Below are positions 10,206-19,851 of a DNA stretch of 33,854 nt, in pieces. Positions within the stretch are counted from its first letter, which is position 1; every line of letters starts with the position of its first letter. Origin of the DNA: Macrostomum lignano (Eukaryota); assembly GCA_002269645.1 (NCBI GenBank), contig NIVC01003326.1, positions 1 through 33,854 of the forward strand, in the 5' to 3' direction. A model generated the notes under the pieces. The model saw only the letters and a program-made list of their open reading frames with translations. It did no database searches and was not told where the DNA came from. A program made the position numbers and the translations under genes.

Positions 10206-11769
10206 CAATGACGTTTCGTAATAGAAAAGGGCCACAGGGCCGCAGGACGTGACCACAGGAATATATGGCGGAAGCAGAGTCTGCATTCAGATTGAACAGA
10301 TTGAAAATAAGAATTAAGTGCAGAAAAGGACGATAGGCTCTCAGCGTAGAAGTTAAAAAGGACGGGGAGAGGTTAGTAATAAGAATTAACAACAAATATG
10401 ATTCGAAGTAACGTAAATATTATTGCGAGCAATAAGCAGCTATCATGTACCCGGTGCATAAATCTGGTTAAGATACAAACGGAGAATTCGTGAGAGTGGC
10501 CTGTGAGACGGCATTGCTAGCCAAAACTTATGAGGGTGGCACCTTGACAAATTCCATAGGGCATAGGAATCCAGTGGCCAGAGAGAAAACTGTGAGCAAT
10601 GTGAATAATCATAATGAACAATACGAGAGAAAATCGCAAGGAAAAAGTACTTCAGACTAGGCCCATAGTCTTATTATCTAATGCCTAATAATGTCCCATT
10701 ATCAAAGTAAATATTATAATAAAATTAGAGTTCGTTCGCATTGTTATAGCATTTATCCTTCTAAAATAGCAGTAACTAGGTTTCTTTTTTAAAGAACGTG
10801 GCATTCGCACTTTTTTCTCAAGTTACAACAAGTTACGGTTCATAAGCTTTCCATCGTTTGTTCTATAAACCGTGTACTCAAGGTGCAAAGCCTCTAAAAG
10901 ATATAGCAGGATTTAAATGTATAATTTAGTGCCCACAAGTTTCCTGCACATTTTTCAGTTTTGTTGTTGCTATCTTGCCGTTTGTCAAAGTTGAATAATA
11001 CAAAAGGTCGAAATCGAAGTGGAAAACCATGGAGCATGGATACTACAACATCATTGAGTACAGTGAAAACTTACAGCAAACAATTTGTCTTTTTCTTTCT
11101 GTTTCCAACACGTGTGAGTGAAGAAAAAGAAACAGTAAAAAAACTGAGACGCTAAGTAGGATAGTACAGTATTATGACGTTGTGAAATTTTCTGTCTCAT
11201 GTGTTGTGACTGCGTTTCAGTATAACGTAAAAAGTGTGAGACATGTGTCCGCAGAGTCATACAACCTCTAGACTCTGGCAGTTTGTACCCGCGTTTCCCC
11301 GCTACCCCATCAATGTAGAGCCGGAACCTGCTATGGCTGGTGAGAATTGAGGAAGGCACAAGGGCCAGGAAAATAAAACAGTACGAGTATGCTCTCTTCC
11401 CGAATGGGAAACAAGTGTTCTTTCATTAAAGACACGGTCAAAAAACCCTCCTCTGTTCCGAGTTCCGAGTCCTAAATCTGTATAATTATATACTGTTTTA
11501 TTATTAATATATTCAGACTACTCTATAATTTCTGTATAATTCCTAAATTTCCGTGTCTTAAGTACTGCCCTGTACTTTACAGTTCAAACATTAGGAAATT
11601 TTGGTCTTATGAAGCCCCCACCGAGAAGACGAATGTATAATAGCTTCATTACATATGCAAAATGTACGAGTATCTGCCTTAACTTAACTGAGAGTAATTA
11701 TTGACGTCACTGTTACAGAACGTAACACCTACCACTCGGTATCTGTGCTCAATTGGCAATGGAACTCTA

Positions 11770-12713
11770 CTATAATAAGAAAGTAGATGACATATTTGGC
11801 GATTGTAAAGTTTCGCGCAGACGACATTTAGCAGTTGTGAAAGTAGATGACATTTAGCGGTTGTGAAAATAGACGACATTTAGCGGTTGTGAAAGTAGAT
11901 GACATTTAGCGGTTGTGAAAATAGACGACATTTAGCGGTTGTGAAAGTAGATGACATTTAGCGGTTGTGAAAGTAGACGACATTTAGCGGTTGTGAAAGT
12001 AGACGACATTTAGCGGTTGTGAAAGTAGATGACATTTAGCGGTTGTGAAAATAGACGACATTTAGCGGTTGTGAAAGTAGATGACATTTAGCGGTTGTGA
12101 AAATAGACGACATTTAGCGGTTGTGAAAGTAGATGACATTTAGCGGTTGTGAAAGTAGACGACATTTAGCGGTTGTGAAAGTAGACGACATTTAGCGGTT
12201 GTGAAAGTAGATGACATTTAGCGGTTGTGAAAGTAGATGACATTTAGCGGTTGCGAAAGTGGACGACATTTAGCGGTTGTGAAAGTAGATGACATTTAGC
12301 GGTTGTGAAAGTAGACGACATTTAGCGGTTGTGAAAGTAGATGACATTTAGCGGTTGTGAAAGTAGATGACATTTAGCGGTTGTGAAAGTAGATGGCATT
12401 TAGCGGTTGTGAAGTTTCGCGTTTGTGAAAGTGACTGCAAAAAAATTAGCGGTTGTGAAGTTTCGCGTTTATGAAATTTAGCGCTTATGAAAGTAGGTGA
12501 TTTAGCGGTTGTGAAGTTTCGCGGTTGTGAAGTTTCGCGTTTATGAAAGTGACTGCAAAAAAGTTAGCGGTTGTGAAGTTTCGCGGTTGTGAAATTTAGC
12601 GCTTATGAAAGTAGGTGATTTAGCGGTTGTGAAGTTTCGCGGTTGTGAAGTTTCGCGTTTATGAAAGTAGGTGATTTAGCGGTTGTGAAATTTCGCGTTT
12701 GTGAAAGCAACCC
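11770..12713 (-). repeat. Right foldback arm of the MULE (about 22-23 copies of the 26-bp unit plus outer modules)
   Basis: GTAGA(T/C)GACATTTAGCGGTTGTGAAA array, the reverse complement of the left arm. Confidence 0.93.
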
Positions 12714-12988
12714 GACAAGTGTACACGGTGCATGCGATAAAAATTTGCTGTAACGCAGAATAACTGGGAAGAAATGATTTGATAAATATTAAATTTTTTA
12801 GTTAGAAAGAATTTAATTTTGGTAGGAAAATAAACCGATTGTTGCAATAAGCATCAGAAAAAAAATCGAACAAGCGAAATACATGTAGCACTTTAAACTG
12901 AATTGTTTCAAAGCTGTCAGAAAATTGGTCGATTTTTAAATAACAAAACGCCCGTTTTTTTCTAATAAAAGTTACATGTACCATCAAT

Positions 12989-13112
12989 GACCAATCAGAT
13001 TACCCGGAAGCCTTCTTTTCTTTTCTTCCTCTAACCAATCAGAGAACTCCAAAAAATTCTACAACCTGACCAATCAGGGAGCTTCAAACCCTTTCTTTTC
13101 TCGACCAATGAG
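12989..13112 (+). promoter_or_regulatory. Cluster of four ACCAAT(C/G)AG (CCAAT-box-like) motifs
   Basis: CCAAT at 12991, 13035, 13070 and 13105; may equally be a transposon subterminal motif. Confidence 0.35.
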
Positions 13113-13142
13113 AGAACAGTCTTTTCCCTTTAGTAAAGAACA

Positions 13143-13460
13143 TCAATTGAGCCGAAAATCAGAATGACTGCAGGCTCCTAGCAGGCACAGGTGGCTGCAA
13201 TGTTCGTTCAGTTTGGCAGAGTTCGACAGAGTCTGCTCAAACTCGTCCGGCAAAACTAGCGGGTCAGCTAGCTGAGGACACGGCAGCCAAGCAAAGTTCT
13301 GATGCAACGCTGGAGGTTGCTTTGCGGTTGCCGAGGCGGATTGCTGTTGCCATGGCAACAGACGGCACAGCAGAGTGAGAAATATTCCGCAGTTGGCGTT
13401 GTTAGCCGAAAGGAATTCGCTGTGAAGCACCGCTCTAAATTGCACCTTACGGCCTGTTAA
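13143..13460 (-). CDS. NUDT18: NUDT18-like Nudix hydrolase, exon 6 (terminal)
   Basis: Acceptor TTTTCAG, phase 0, matching the exon 5 donor; VLHSEF...NCGIFLTLLC resembles the NUDT18 C-terminal region; stop at 13143-13145. Confidence 0.65.
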   Translation of the reverse strand, partial: LTGRKVQFRAVLHSEFLSANNANCGIFLTLLCRLLPWQQQSASATAKQPPALHQNFAWLPCPQLADPLVLPDEFEQTLSNSAKLNEHCSHLCLLGACSHSDFRLN

Positions 13461-13701
13461 CTGAAAATCGAATGAAATATAAAAAATTACGTTAAAATAC
13501 CTGAGCTTAAACAGTAGACGTTTATAGAACAATTTATAAAAAAATGAAGTGGTAGTATGATATAAAGGTCTGAGCCACACTTATTGCTCGGGCGCAGTGC
13601 GCGCCAGCTCGCTGGATGACTCAGCCCCTTATATCACACTACTACTACCAGGAGGTCAGAGTTGCAAGGTGTCTGAGATAAATATATAATTATTTATCCC
13701 C

Positions 13702-13732
<31 letters not shown>

Positions 13733-14090
13733 TGTGTGAGGGTGCTTAAGGGTGAGGGCATGTGTGGGTATTGGCATGTGGAATATTTCGCAGAACACAG
13801 ATTTTTCAGAATTTTTATACTTTTTAAAAGGGAGAGTGCCCTCGCCCTCATGCCCTCACTCATTTTGAAAATCACAAAAATAAGTGAAAAATGACTAAAA
13901 ACAGGTGAAAATGGTCTGAAAACAGCGATTTTTTGTTATTTTCAAATACTTTGAAAAGGTGCAATTTTCACGATTCCAGCTCTAAAACCATGAGAAAAGT
14001 TGGATTCACGGGTCAATTCAATGCAATTTCAGGTATATACAATATGAAAGTGTCATCCAATTTAACGATAGTAAATTTTAAATACATAAA

Positions 14091-14222
14091 ATGGCCTTCA
14101 GTAAACCATTATTTCTAGGTTCTGCATTAGATATTCAGTCAGCTATAACAAAACTACCCCCCATCTTCTTCACTGGAAAATATCCTGGCGAATTTCATAT
14201 TCCTGGGTATTCTTTCGCAGGT
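14091..14222 (+). CDS. Exon 1 of the Polinton PLA2-like (PLA2X)/integrase gene
   Basis: ATG at 14091: MAFSKPLFLGSALDIQSAITKLPPIFFTGKYPGEFHIPGYSFAG, ending in U at the group I 5' splice site. Confidence 0.85.
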
Positions 14223-15059
14223 TACGTTGTGGCCTGAGTGAGGAAGTCAATGTCCTTGTTAGTCATAGAATAAGCACTTGTTAAATTTTCTAAACTAAAA
14301 ATGGAGCAAACAGTTCGAAAAATTCTATACTGAACCAGTTGATGATAAGGTTGGGCATGATCAAATTCTTCATTGATCTTTTCCAAGAAGAGTTAATCAT
14401 TTCACACAAGATTAAAGTTATTCAAATGAGACTCGGCAGACTATATGAAATATTAGCAGAAAATTATTTTGGATTCGAGAAGGTAAAAAAGATAGACCTG
14501 GTTCACGTTGACCGAAAGATTGCATTAGAGCTTAAATCTTCTGATAACACGGACAATTCATCAAGTCGTGAAAGGAATTATCAGAAACTATTAGACTATA
14601 CAAATTCTTATCCCACCTACCAGTTGTATTATGTATGCATCAATAAAACTACAAAGGAACCTAAGAATATTTTACTAGACAATGGAATCACCCTTATACC
14701 AGGAGAATTTGCATTGAAATTTCTTTATGGAGATCAATACAAAAACATTATAACCAACATTAAACAAGTGCTTAATGATAGGCGACACCTTCGAATTGCG
14801 GGAACTCCGTCAACAACAGCCTCAAGTACCACTTCAGTTGAGAAATCTTCTGAAGGAACACAGGTAATTCCTGTTCCCAATGGTAACAAGCTTGAGGACA
14901 TGGTGGAAATCCGCAGCCAAGCTCCTAAGTCCGAACGAAGTTGACAAGGATATGGAGAAGGTTCAGAGACTTAATGGGGGTGGGGCTGAAGGATCTGGTC
15001 AATCCTGATGAAGCCTTAAGATAAAGTACAGCCTCTTTCGAAAGATTGAGGAACAACTG
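14223..15059 (+). ncRNA. Group I intron, IC1-type, 837 nt
   Basis: P1 (CAGGT/GCCTG with U-G pair); P3 (CACCTTC/GGGGGTG); P element AATTGCGGGAAC 14794; P5abc with AGTACC and GAAA loop; Q element AATCCGCAGC 14908; 11-nt receptor CCTAAG/TATGG; R element GTTCAGAGACTTAA 14961; S element AAGATAAAGTAC 15018; P9.0; terminal G 15059. Excision restores the reading frame and the G-P-G motif. Confidence 0.92.
14301..14780 (+). CDS. Intron-encoded PD-(D/E)XK nuclease (restriction-enzyme-like; candidate homing endonuclease), degenerate
   Basis: QMRLGRLYEILA...IDL...IALELKSSDNTDNSSS (E..D..ExK pattern). The likely start ATG at 14301 is out of frame with the 14339 ORF, and TAATGATAG near 14773 is one base out of frame, suggesting frameshifts at both ends. 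Confidence 0.65.
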
Positions 15060-16219
15060 CCTGGTACAAATTTAGACAAAAGACTCAATCCAATTACAGA
15101 CTGGCCTCGGTATGACAGTCTACCAATTAACCCAATAGATTGGACTGCTTACGCTCGTACTATCATGACAAAAGCTATAGAGATGCTGAAAAAACGTCTT
15201 CAACTCCAGAGGAAGCTCTAGCAAAGAAGCATATTGCTGATGAAACAATGATAACTGATTTAGATGCTATTCCAACCAGTGACTTGTCTGTGAAAGAGAG
15301 ACTCATTAGAAATCTAGTAAAGCGTATTATCAAAGCTAAAGTTCGGTTTGGATTAGGCATTCATACTCACAACCCCAACAATTGTACAGACTGTCTAACA
15401 ATTTATGGAAAGGGTCTTAGCTATGAAGATGCTGTGAAGCTGCATAGGGAATACAGAAAACCAAGACTGTTTAGAAAAATGATTCACTATGCAAAAGACA
15501 CAATTTGGCATGCAGATATCATTATCCTACCACCCGAAAGAGGTTACAAATATGCTCTCACTATCATAGATGGTTTTACACGTTACGCCTGGGCAGTTCC
15601 TTTGAAAACAAAGACGGGAGCGGAAGTTGCAGAAGCTTTCCAAAAAGTATTTAAGGAATCAGGAAGACGATCAGAGAGATTTTGTGTAGATGAAGGCAAG
15701 GAGTTTTATAATCAGCATATGTACAAGCTATACTCGTTTTGAAAAGACAACATAAGAAAGAAAGATGAAAATGGGGAGTATATTAACAAGACTTTTTCAA
15801 TTTATGGCGAGTCCAAGAACGCAATGATTGAGAGGTTCAATCGTACTCTCACAAATAAACTCTGGTTTGAATTCGATCTACAAGGAAACCAGAAGTGGCT
15901 CCACATATTGCCAGCTATTGTTGATAAGTACAACACAATCCATTCTGAGATTCTGATAACTCCTTCAGAAGCATCTAAACATCCTGAGCGAGTACCAAAG
16001 CCTTACTTCGAGGTTTCAAATGAGAAACCAAACTTTAAAGTAGGTGACAAAGTTCATATCTATAGATTCAAAGAGCACTTTGAAAAGGGTCGAAAGGGTT
16101 ATTGGAAAATTTCAAAGGTTTTTACGATTAAGAAATTTGTGTACTCAAATCCCATAAATTTTTCAACTAAAAATGAGCGCCTATCGAACAAACTGCAAAC
16201 GGGCGAAAGGTCAGATTGA
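15060..16219 (+). pseudogene. Exon 2: PLA2-like domain fused in frame to a Polinton retroviral-like (rve) integrase; one frameshift (about 15155) and one in-frame TGA (15740)
   Basis: PGTNLDKRL...PINPIDWTAY / YHDKSY...HIAD...KAKVRFGLG, then WHADII, IDGFTRYAWAVPLKTKT, FCVDEGKEF, MIERFNRTL (D,D,E triad). Confidence 0.88.
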
Positions 16220-16433
16220 AACGTCTGATTCACAACTACTAGTTGATAAAGAGGGTGAAGGAATCGGTGATATGATCAGTGGTGTCACAAACTTTTTATC
16301 AAATCATGGAAGTAAAATTGTGAGTGGAACTGATGCCATAGGTAAAACAGCAACAGCAGCTAAAAACATTTTCGACGCAAAGAAAATATACAGTGACATG
16401 TCTAAAGCAGGTGAGGAACTGGAATATATTTAA
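16173..16433 (+). CDS. Small Polinton ORF of unknown function (GEGIGDMISGVTNF...)
   Basis: Short amphipathic ORF between the integrase and the polymerase fragment; true start uncertain. Confidence 0.4.
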   Translation: MSAYRTNCKRAKGQIETSDSQLLVDKEGEGIGDMISGVTNFLSNHGSKIVSGTDAIGKTATAAKNIFDAKKIYSDMSKAGEELEYI

Positions 16434-16572
16434 GAGTGGAGTGAATATTCAATTATTTATCAAGAAGTCAAAAAATGTTAAGCTGACAGTTTTTGCACTA
16501 ATTCTTGAGCAAACAAAGAATGTTATCAAAGTTACCAGTGAATATCAAATGACTCGGGTTGAATAAGGTCAA

Positions 16573-16887
16573 ATGAATGGCTCGATAATTTCCGAAGCTG
16601 TATTCCTGCGGTCAAAGGAGTATGCTTTCAATACAGTTTCAGGAGAGTGTGTTAAGATCAAGGGAGTTGATAAAAGCAGTACAAATATAAAGTTTAAAAC
16701 ATTTAAAAACATACTATTGACAGATTACAAAGAGATTAGAAGAAGCCATGTAAGCATGACTGTAAAATATATAAAATATAGAAATAAAATATATATTCGT
16801 GATATTATGAAACAAACAATGAGTCACTTAAATGATAAAAGATATTATTTGGATCCTATAAGATCTATTCCTTTTCAGCCAATGTAA
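16573..16887 (+). pseudogene. C-terminal fragment of protein-primed family B DNA polymerase
   Basis: MNGSIISEAVFLRSKEY...KIKGV...LNDKRY...IPF matches the Polinton pPolB C-terminal pattern; the exonuclease and palm regions are absent. Confidence 0.82.
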
Positions 16888-19369
16888 TCTCATGGATAAC
16901 ATCTTCGTTTATTTTTTTCTTGCACTGTAGCAACACATTTCTAGTTTCATGCTGTTTACCATCTACGCCTATATCTGTCCTTATAATACTTACAATAATC
17001 ATTGGGATTCTTGAAGAAATCAGTTACGAATTGCTGTCGAAATTCTAGTTTTTATGATTTAGATAGGTTTCTATAATATTCACTCTCTCTTGCGGCAGTG
17101 TGAATTTCGCTAATAGGCACAAATGTTTTTTCCTCAGTTTCTAAAAATTCATAATTCTCTTCAAAGAAGTGCGCGAACCAATTACAATTCTGTATGGATT
17201 CATTAGTGTTCTCAATTACGTTTTCCGATAGATATATTTCGCCTTTTGTTTGTTTGAAAATTTCTAGTAGGTGTTTCATCTCTGCAAACTTATATTTAGT
17301 CTTAAACTCCTCACTTTTCAAATATGTATCGGCCTTGTAAGTGTGTGTCTCAGGATCAATCATTTCGTTATCTGTTGTATATTTGCACGGGTAATTAATA
17401 TAGACAATTCTCCTCTTCTCCGCATCTCCAATATTTTGTCTGAAGTCAGGCTTGTTGTTGCATTCGACTATCAGAGTTGCGTGTAAAACGACATTACACT
17501 GGCTTGAATATAAATTTCTACCATGGTAGCTTGGATAACCCCACCACCAGTTAGTAATTTTATTGATGCATTGTTCAAGACACCGCCTACTTCTTGACTG
17601 ATAACCAACCTCTTTTTATTAATTTGTGCTAGGGCTGGTTGTGGCTTGTCTATTCTTATTGGTGAATTCAAAACATCAGGACTCAGTGGTGCTGCATAAT
17701 CAGATTCTAGAGTTCTAAGAAGTAGGTTGTCCTCAACCCCCTTGCCATTTCCACCAGCGCCATCAAACATTATAAAGTTTTCAAAATTCTTACCCATTAG
17801 AGCTGTAACTATAACGGATTCCCAACTCTTTCTGTTCTCTGGATCTGGATGGATTTGGTTATGCAGATTAACAATGAAGCCATAGTCGTCATCACTCACT
17901 CTAAGTACATCCGAGTAATTATATCCCACCGATTTAGTAACGTAATCTTCATATCTATACTAGCGAAACTCACTTGTAATGAGGTCATATACTCCATCGT
18001 CAAACCCTAGCAAATTCCATTTCATGTCGAATTCAATTTCATTGTTAGTAAACCTCTCTTTGAACAAAGTAGTTACCTGTTTGAGTTTGTTGGCTCCTTG
18101 TATTGAATTTATATTCTTCATTGTGTTCTTTAGTTTCTTTTCAAGTGCTTTTAACTTCTCTTTATCATCAGCCTTCTTAATTGCAATTTCAAGTCTAGTC
18201 TTTCGGTGGTTTAACCCACTGCTAACAAGGTGTGATATTTTAAGAAATATGTCATTTATACTACTTAGTTCTCTCCACTTATCATCATCAAAATAGTAAA
18301 TACCATCGCTATTGTAAATTATATTATTTTTCTTATATTCAAAAACAACGGTTATGTTAACGTCAGTGAAATTATCATCAAGATACTAAATCCTACCATA
18401 ATAATCATTTTGCTTTTCCATTCCTTATATTTACCATAGTTTTCTTCACTAGCCCATTTCTTCAACGTACCGATAGTAAGTCTGTCCTGTGCATCAGCAG
18501 AGCTGGCACTGGTGCTATTCCACACTTTTTTACATGACTCGGAATCGAACTTATCATAATTTACTTTTGACCAATCAGTGAATACTTTGTAAATTTCATC
18601 ACCACTGTCTATGTCGCGGAGTATGAGTGCTACCTTGTACCAAGAATCATAGTCTTGGTTTTTGTGTTGTATTATACTTAACAACCTTGAAACTCCTTCA
18701 CAAGTGGGTGGTGGAACGGTGCTTTTTAGTGCTTGTTTATCGGGTTCTTGGTTTTCTGTTTTATCCTGTGGCTTAATTAATCTATTTATCTCCTCAAGAA
18801 TTACATATGGCATGTCAATTAACCCTTCGGGCTATATGTTTGTATTCCTTCATTTCACCATCGACATAATAGAAACCTGGTGGAGCAAATACTAAAGCCG
18901 GAATATCAAAACCCACACTTTGTTGAATCGTTACTTTTAATCCATCTACCTTGTTAAAGTAAAAGTGGTGACCCTTGTTTGTCTGAACAATCCAATCACA
19001 ATGAGTCATACACAGTTCATTCAACTCAGGGCATAGGTCAGCATTATCAATATCGATTATGGTTATACTTGAATTTCGAGTATCTATCCAAATCATGTTG
19101 TCTACCTCTGATCGAAATGGTGGGGAGGTTGAATTCCTATCTGCTTTGGTTGGCATACCTGACGGTATTTTTTTTGTTTTACTATTCCATGTTATACTGC
19201 AATTTCCGAATGTAAAATTACGTTCTCCATAGAGATTAATTAGTTTATCGTACGATTTTGTTTGTTTTAAATTTGTCAATCTTGGTGGTGGTGGTGCATC
19301 ATGGTTTTGAAGTGGATCCTGTACGATCACAGGAGAGACACTTAAATCGTTTTGATTTTTTCCTTCCAT
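16865..19369 (-). pseudogene. Prim-pol + PriCT-2 + D5-like SF3 helicase gene, fragmented by frameshifts and stops
   Basis: IIDID and QTNKGHHFYF (prim-pol motifs, 18815-19423 ORF); YDSWYKVA...DWSK..YDKF...W...TIGTLKKWA (PriCT-2); FDGAGGNGKG Walker A and RLVISQE Walker B (17471-17929). Confidence 0.85.
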
Positions 19370-19385
19370 TTTATTAAAAATAAAT

Positions 19386-19753
19386 TCAACGATATATTTT
19401 ATCGGTTTTAATGTACTTCTCAAAGGTTATGGGGAGTTTGAAAATGTTCGATTTCAGCATGACGAAAAATTCATCATTCCTTATGTGCTGTCTCGAAATC
19501 AATGCCCATTTATCAACATGTGCAAGATATACTCTGAATGAAAACAAATATGGGGGACATTTACAATCGGTGTGTTTTAATATTTCAGCTTTATATTCAT
19601 CGTAAGCTTTATCAATTTCTGCAATTAGTCGAGACTTTCGAGTGTGGGTTTTAATTTGAGAAAATGATATAATAGAATCATAGTATTTTTTGGTAGAGCA
19701 TTTCGTACACTTGGGTTATTAGCTTCCATTTTTTCTAGGAAAAATTTAGCCAT
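19386..19753 (-). pseudogene. Small unknown Polinton ORF (about 120 aa), one apparent frameshift
   Basis: Manual translation MAKFFLEKMEANNPSVRNALPK / YYDSIISF...KYIKTDKIYR*, directly upstream of the primase gene. Confidence 0.35.
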
Positions 19754-19851
19754 GTAGTTTTCATTTTTCAAGTCACAAAGTATTTTTTGAATATTTGGAA
19801 ACTAGCATGACCTCTTTGCTTACATTTTGACTCAGAGTTGTTTTTTGGCAG

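Larger units (their letters stand above)
4493..12713 (+). mobile_element. Foldback-type Mutator/MULE DNA transposon (Phantom-like), 8221 bp
   Basis: Long modular inverted arms; termini GGGTGGGTTTCAC / GTGAAAGCAACCC; exact 8-bp TSD GACAAGTG at 4485-4492 and 12714-12721; internal FLYWCH+MULE transposase. Confidence 0.92.

Noticed and set aside
14208-14225. TATTCTTTCGCAG|GT as a spliceosomal 3' splice site
   Set aside because: The upstream bases form an open PLA2-like frame from ATG 14091, and the P1 pairing plus exact motif restoration at 15060 explain the site better.
14781-14944. Nuclease ORF reading through the ribozyme core (apparent core creep, RIAGTP...PKSERS)
   Set aside because: Three consecutive stops (TAA TGA TAG) lie one base out of frame at the P2.1 3' strand, so the extension is more simply a 1-nt deletion in a decayed ORF.
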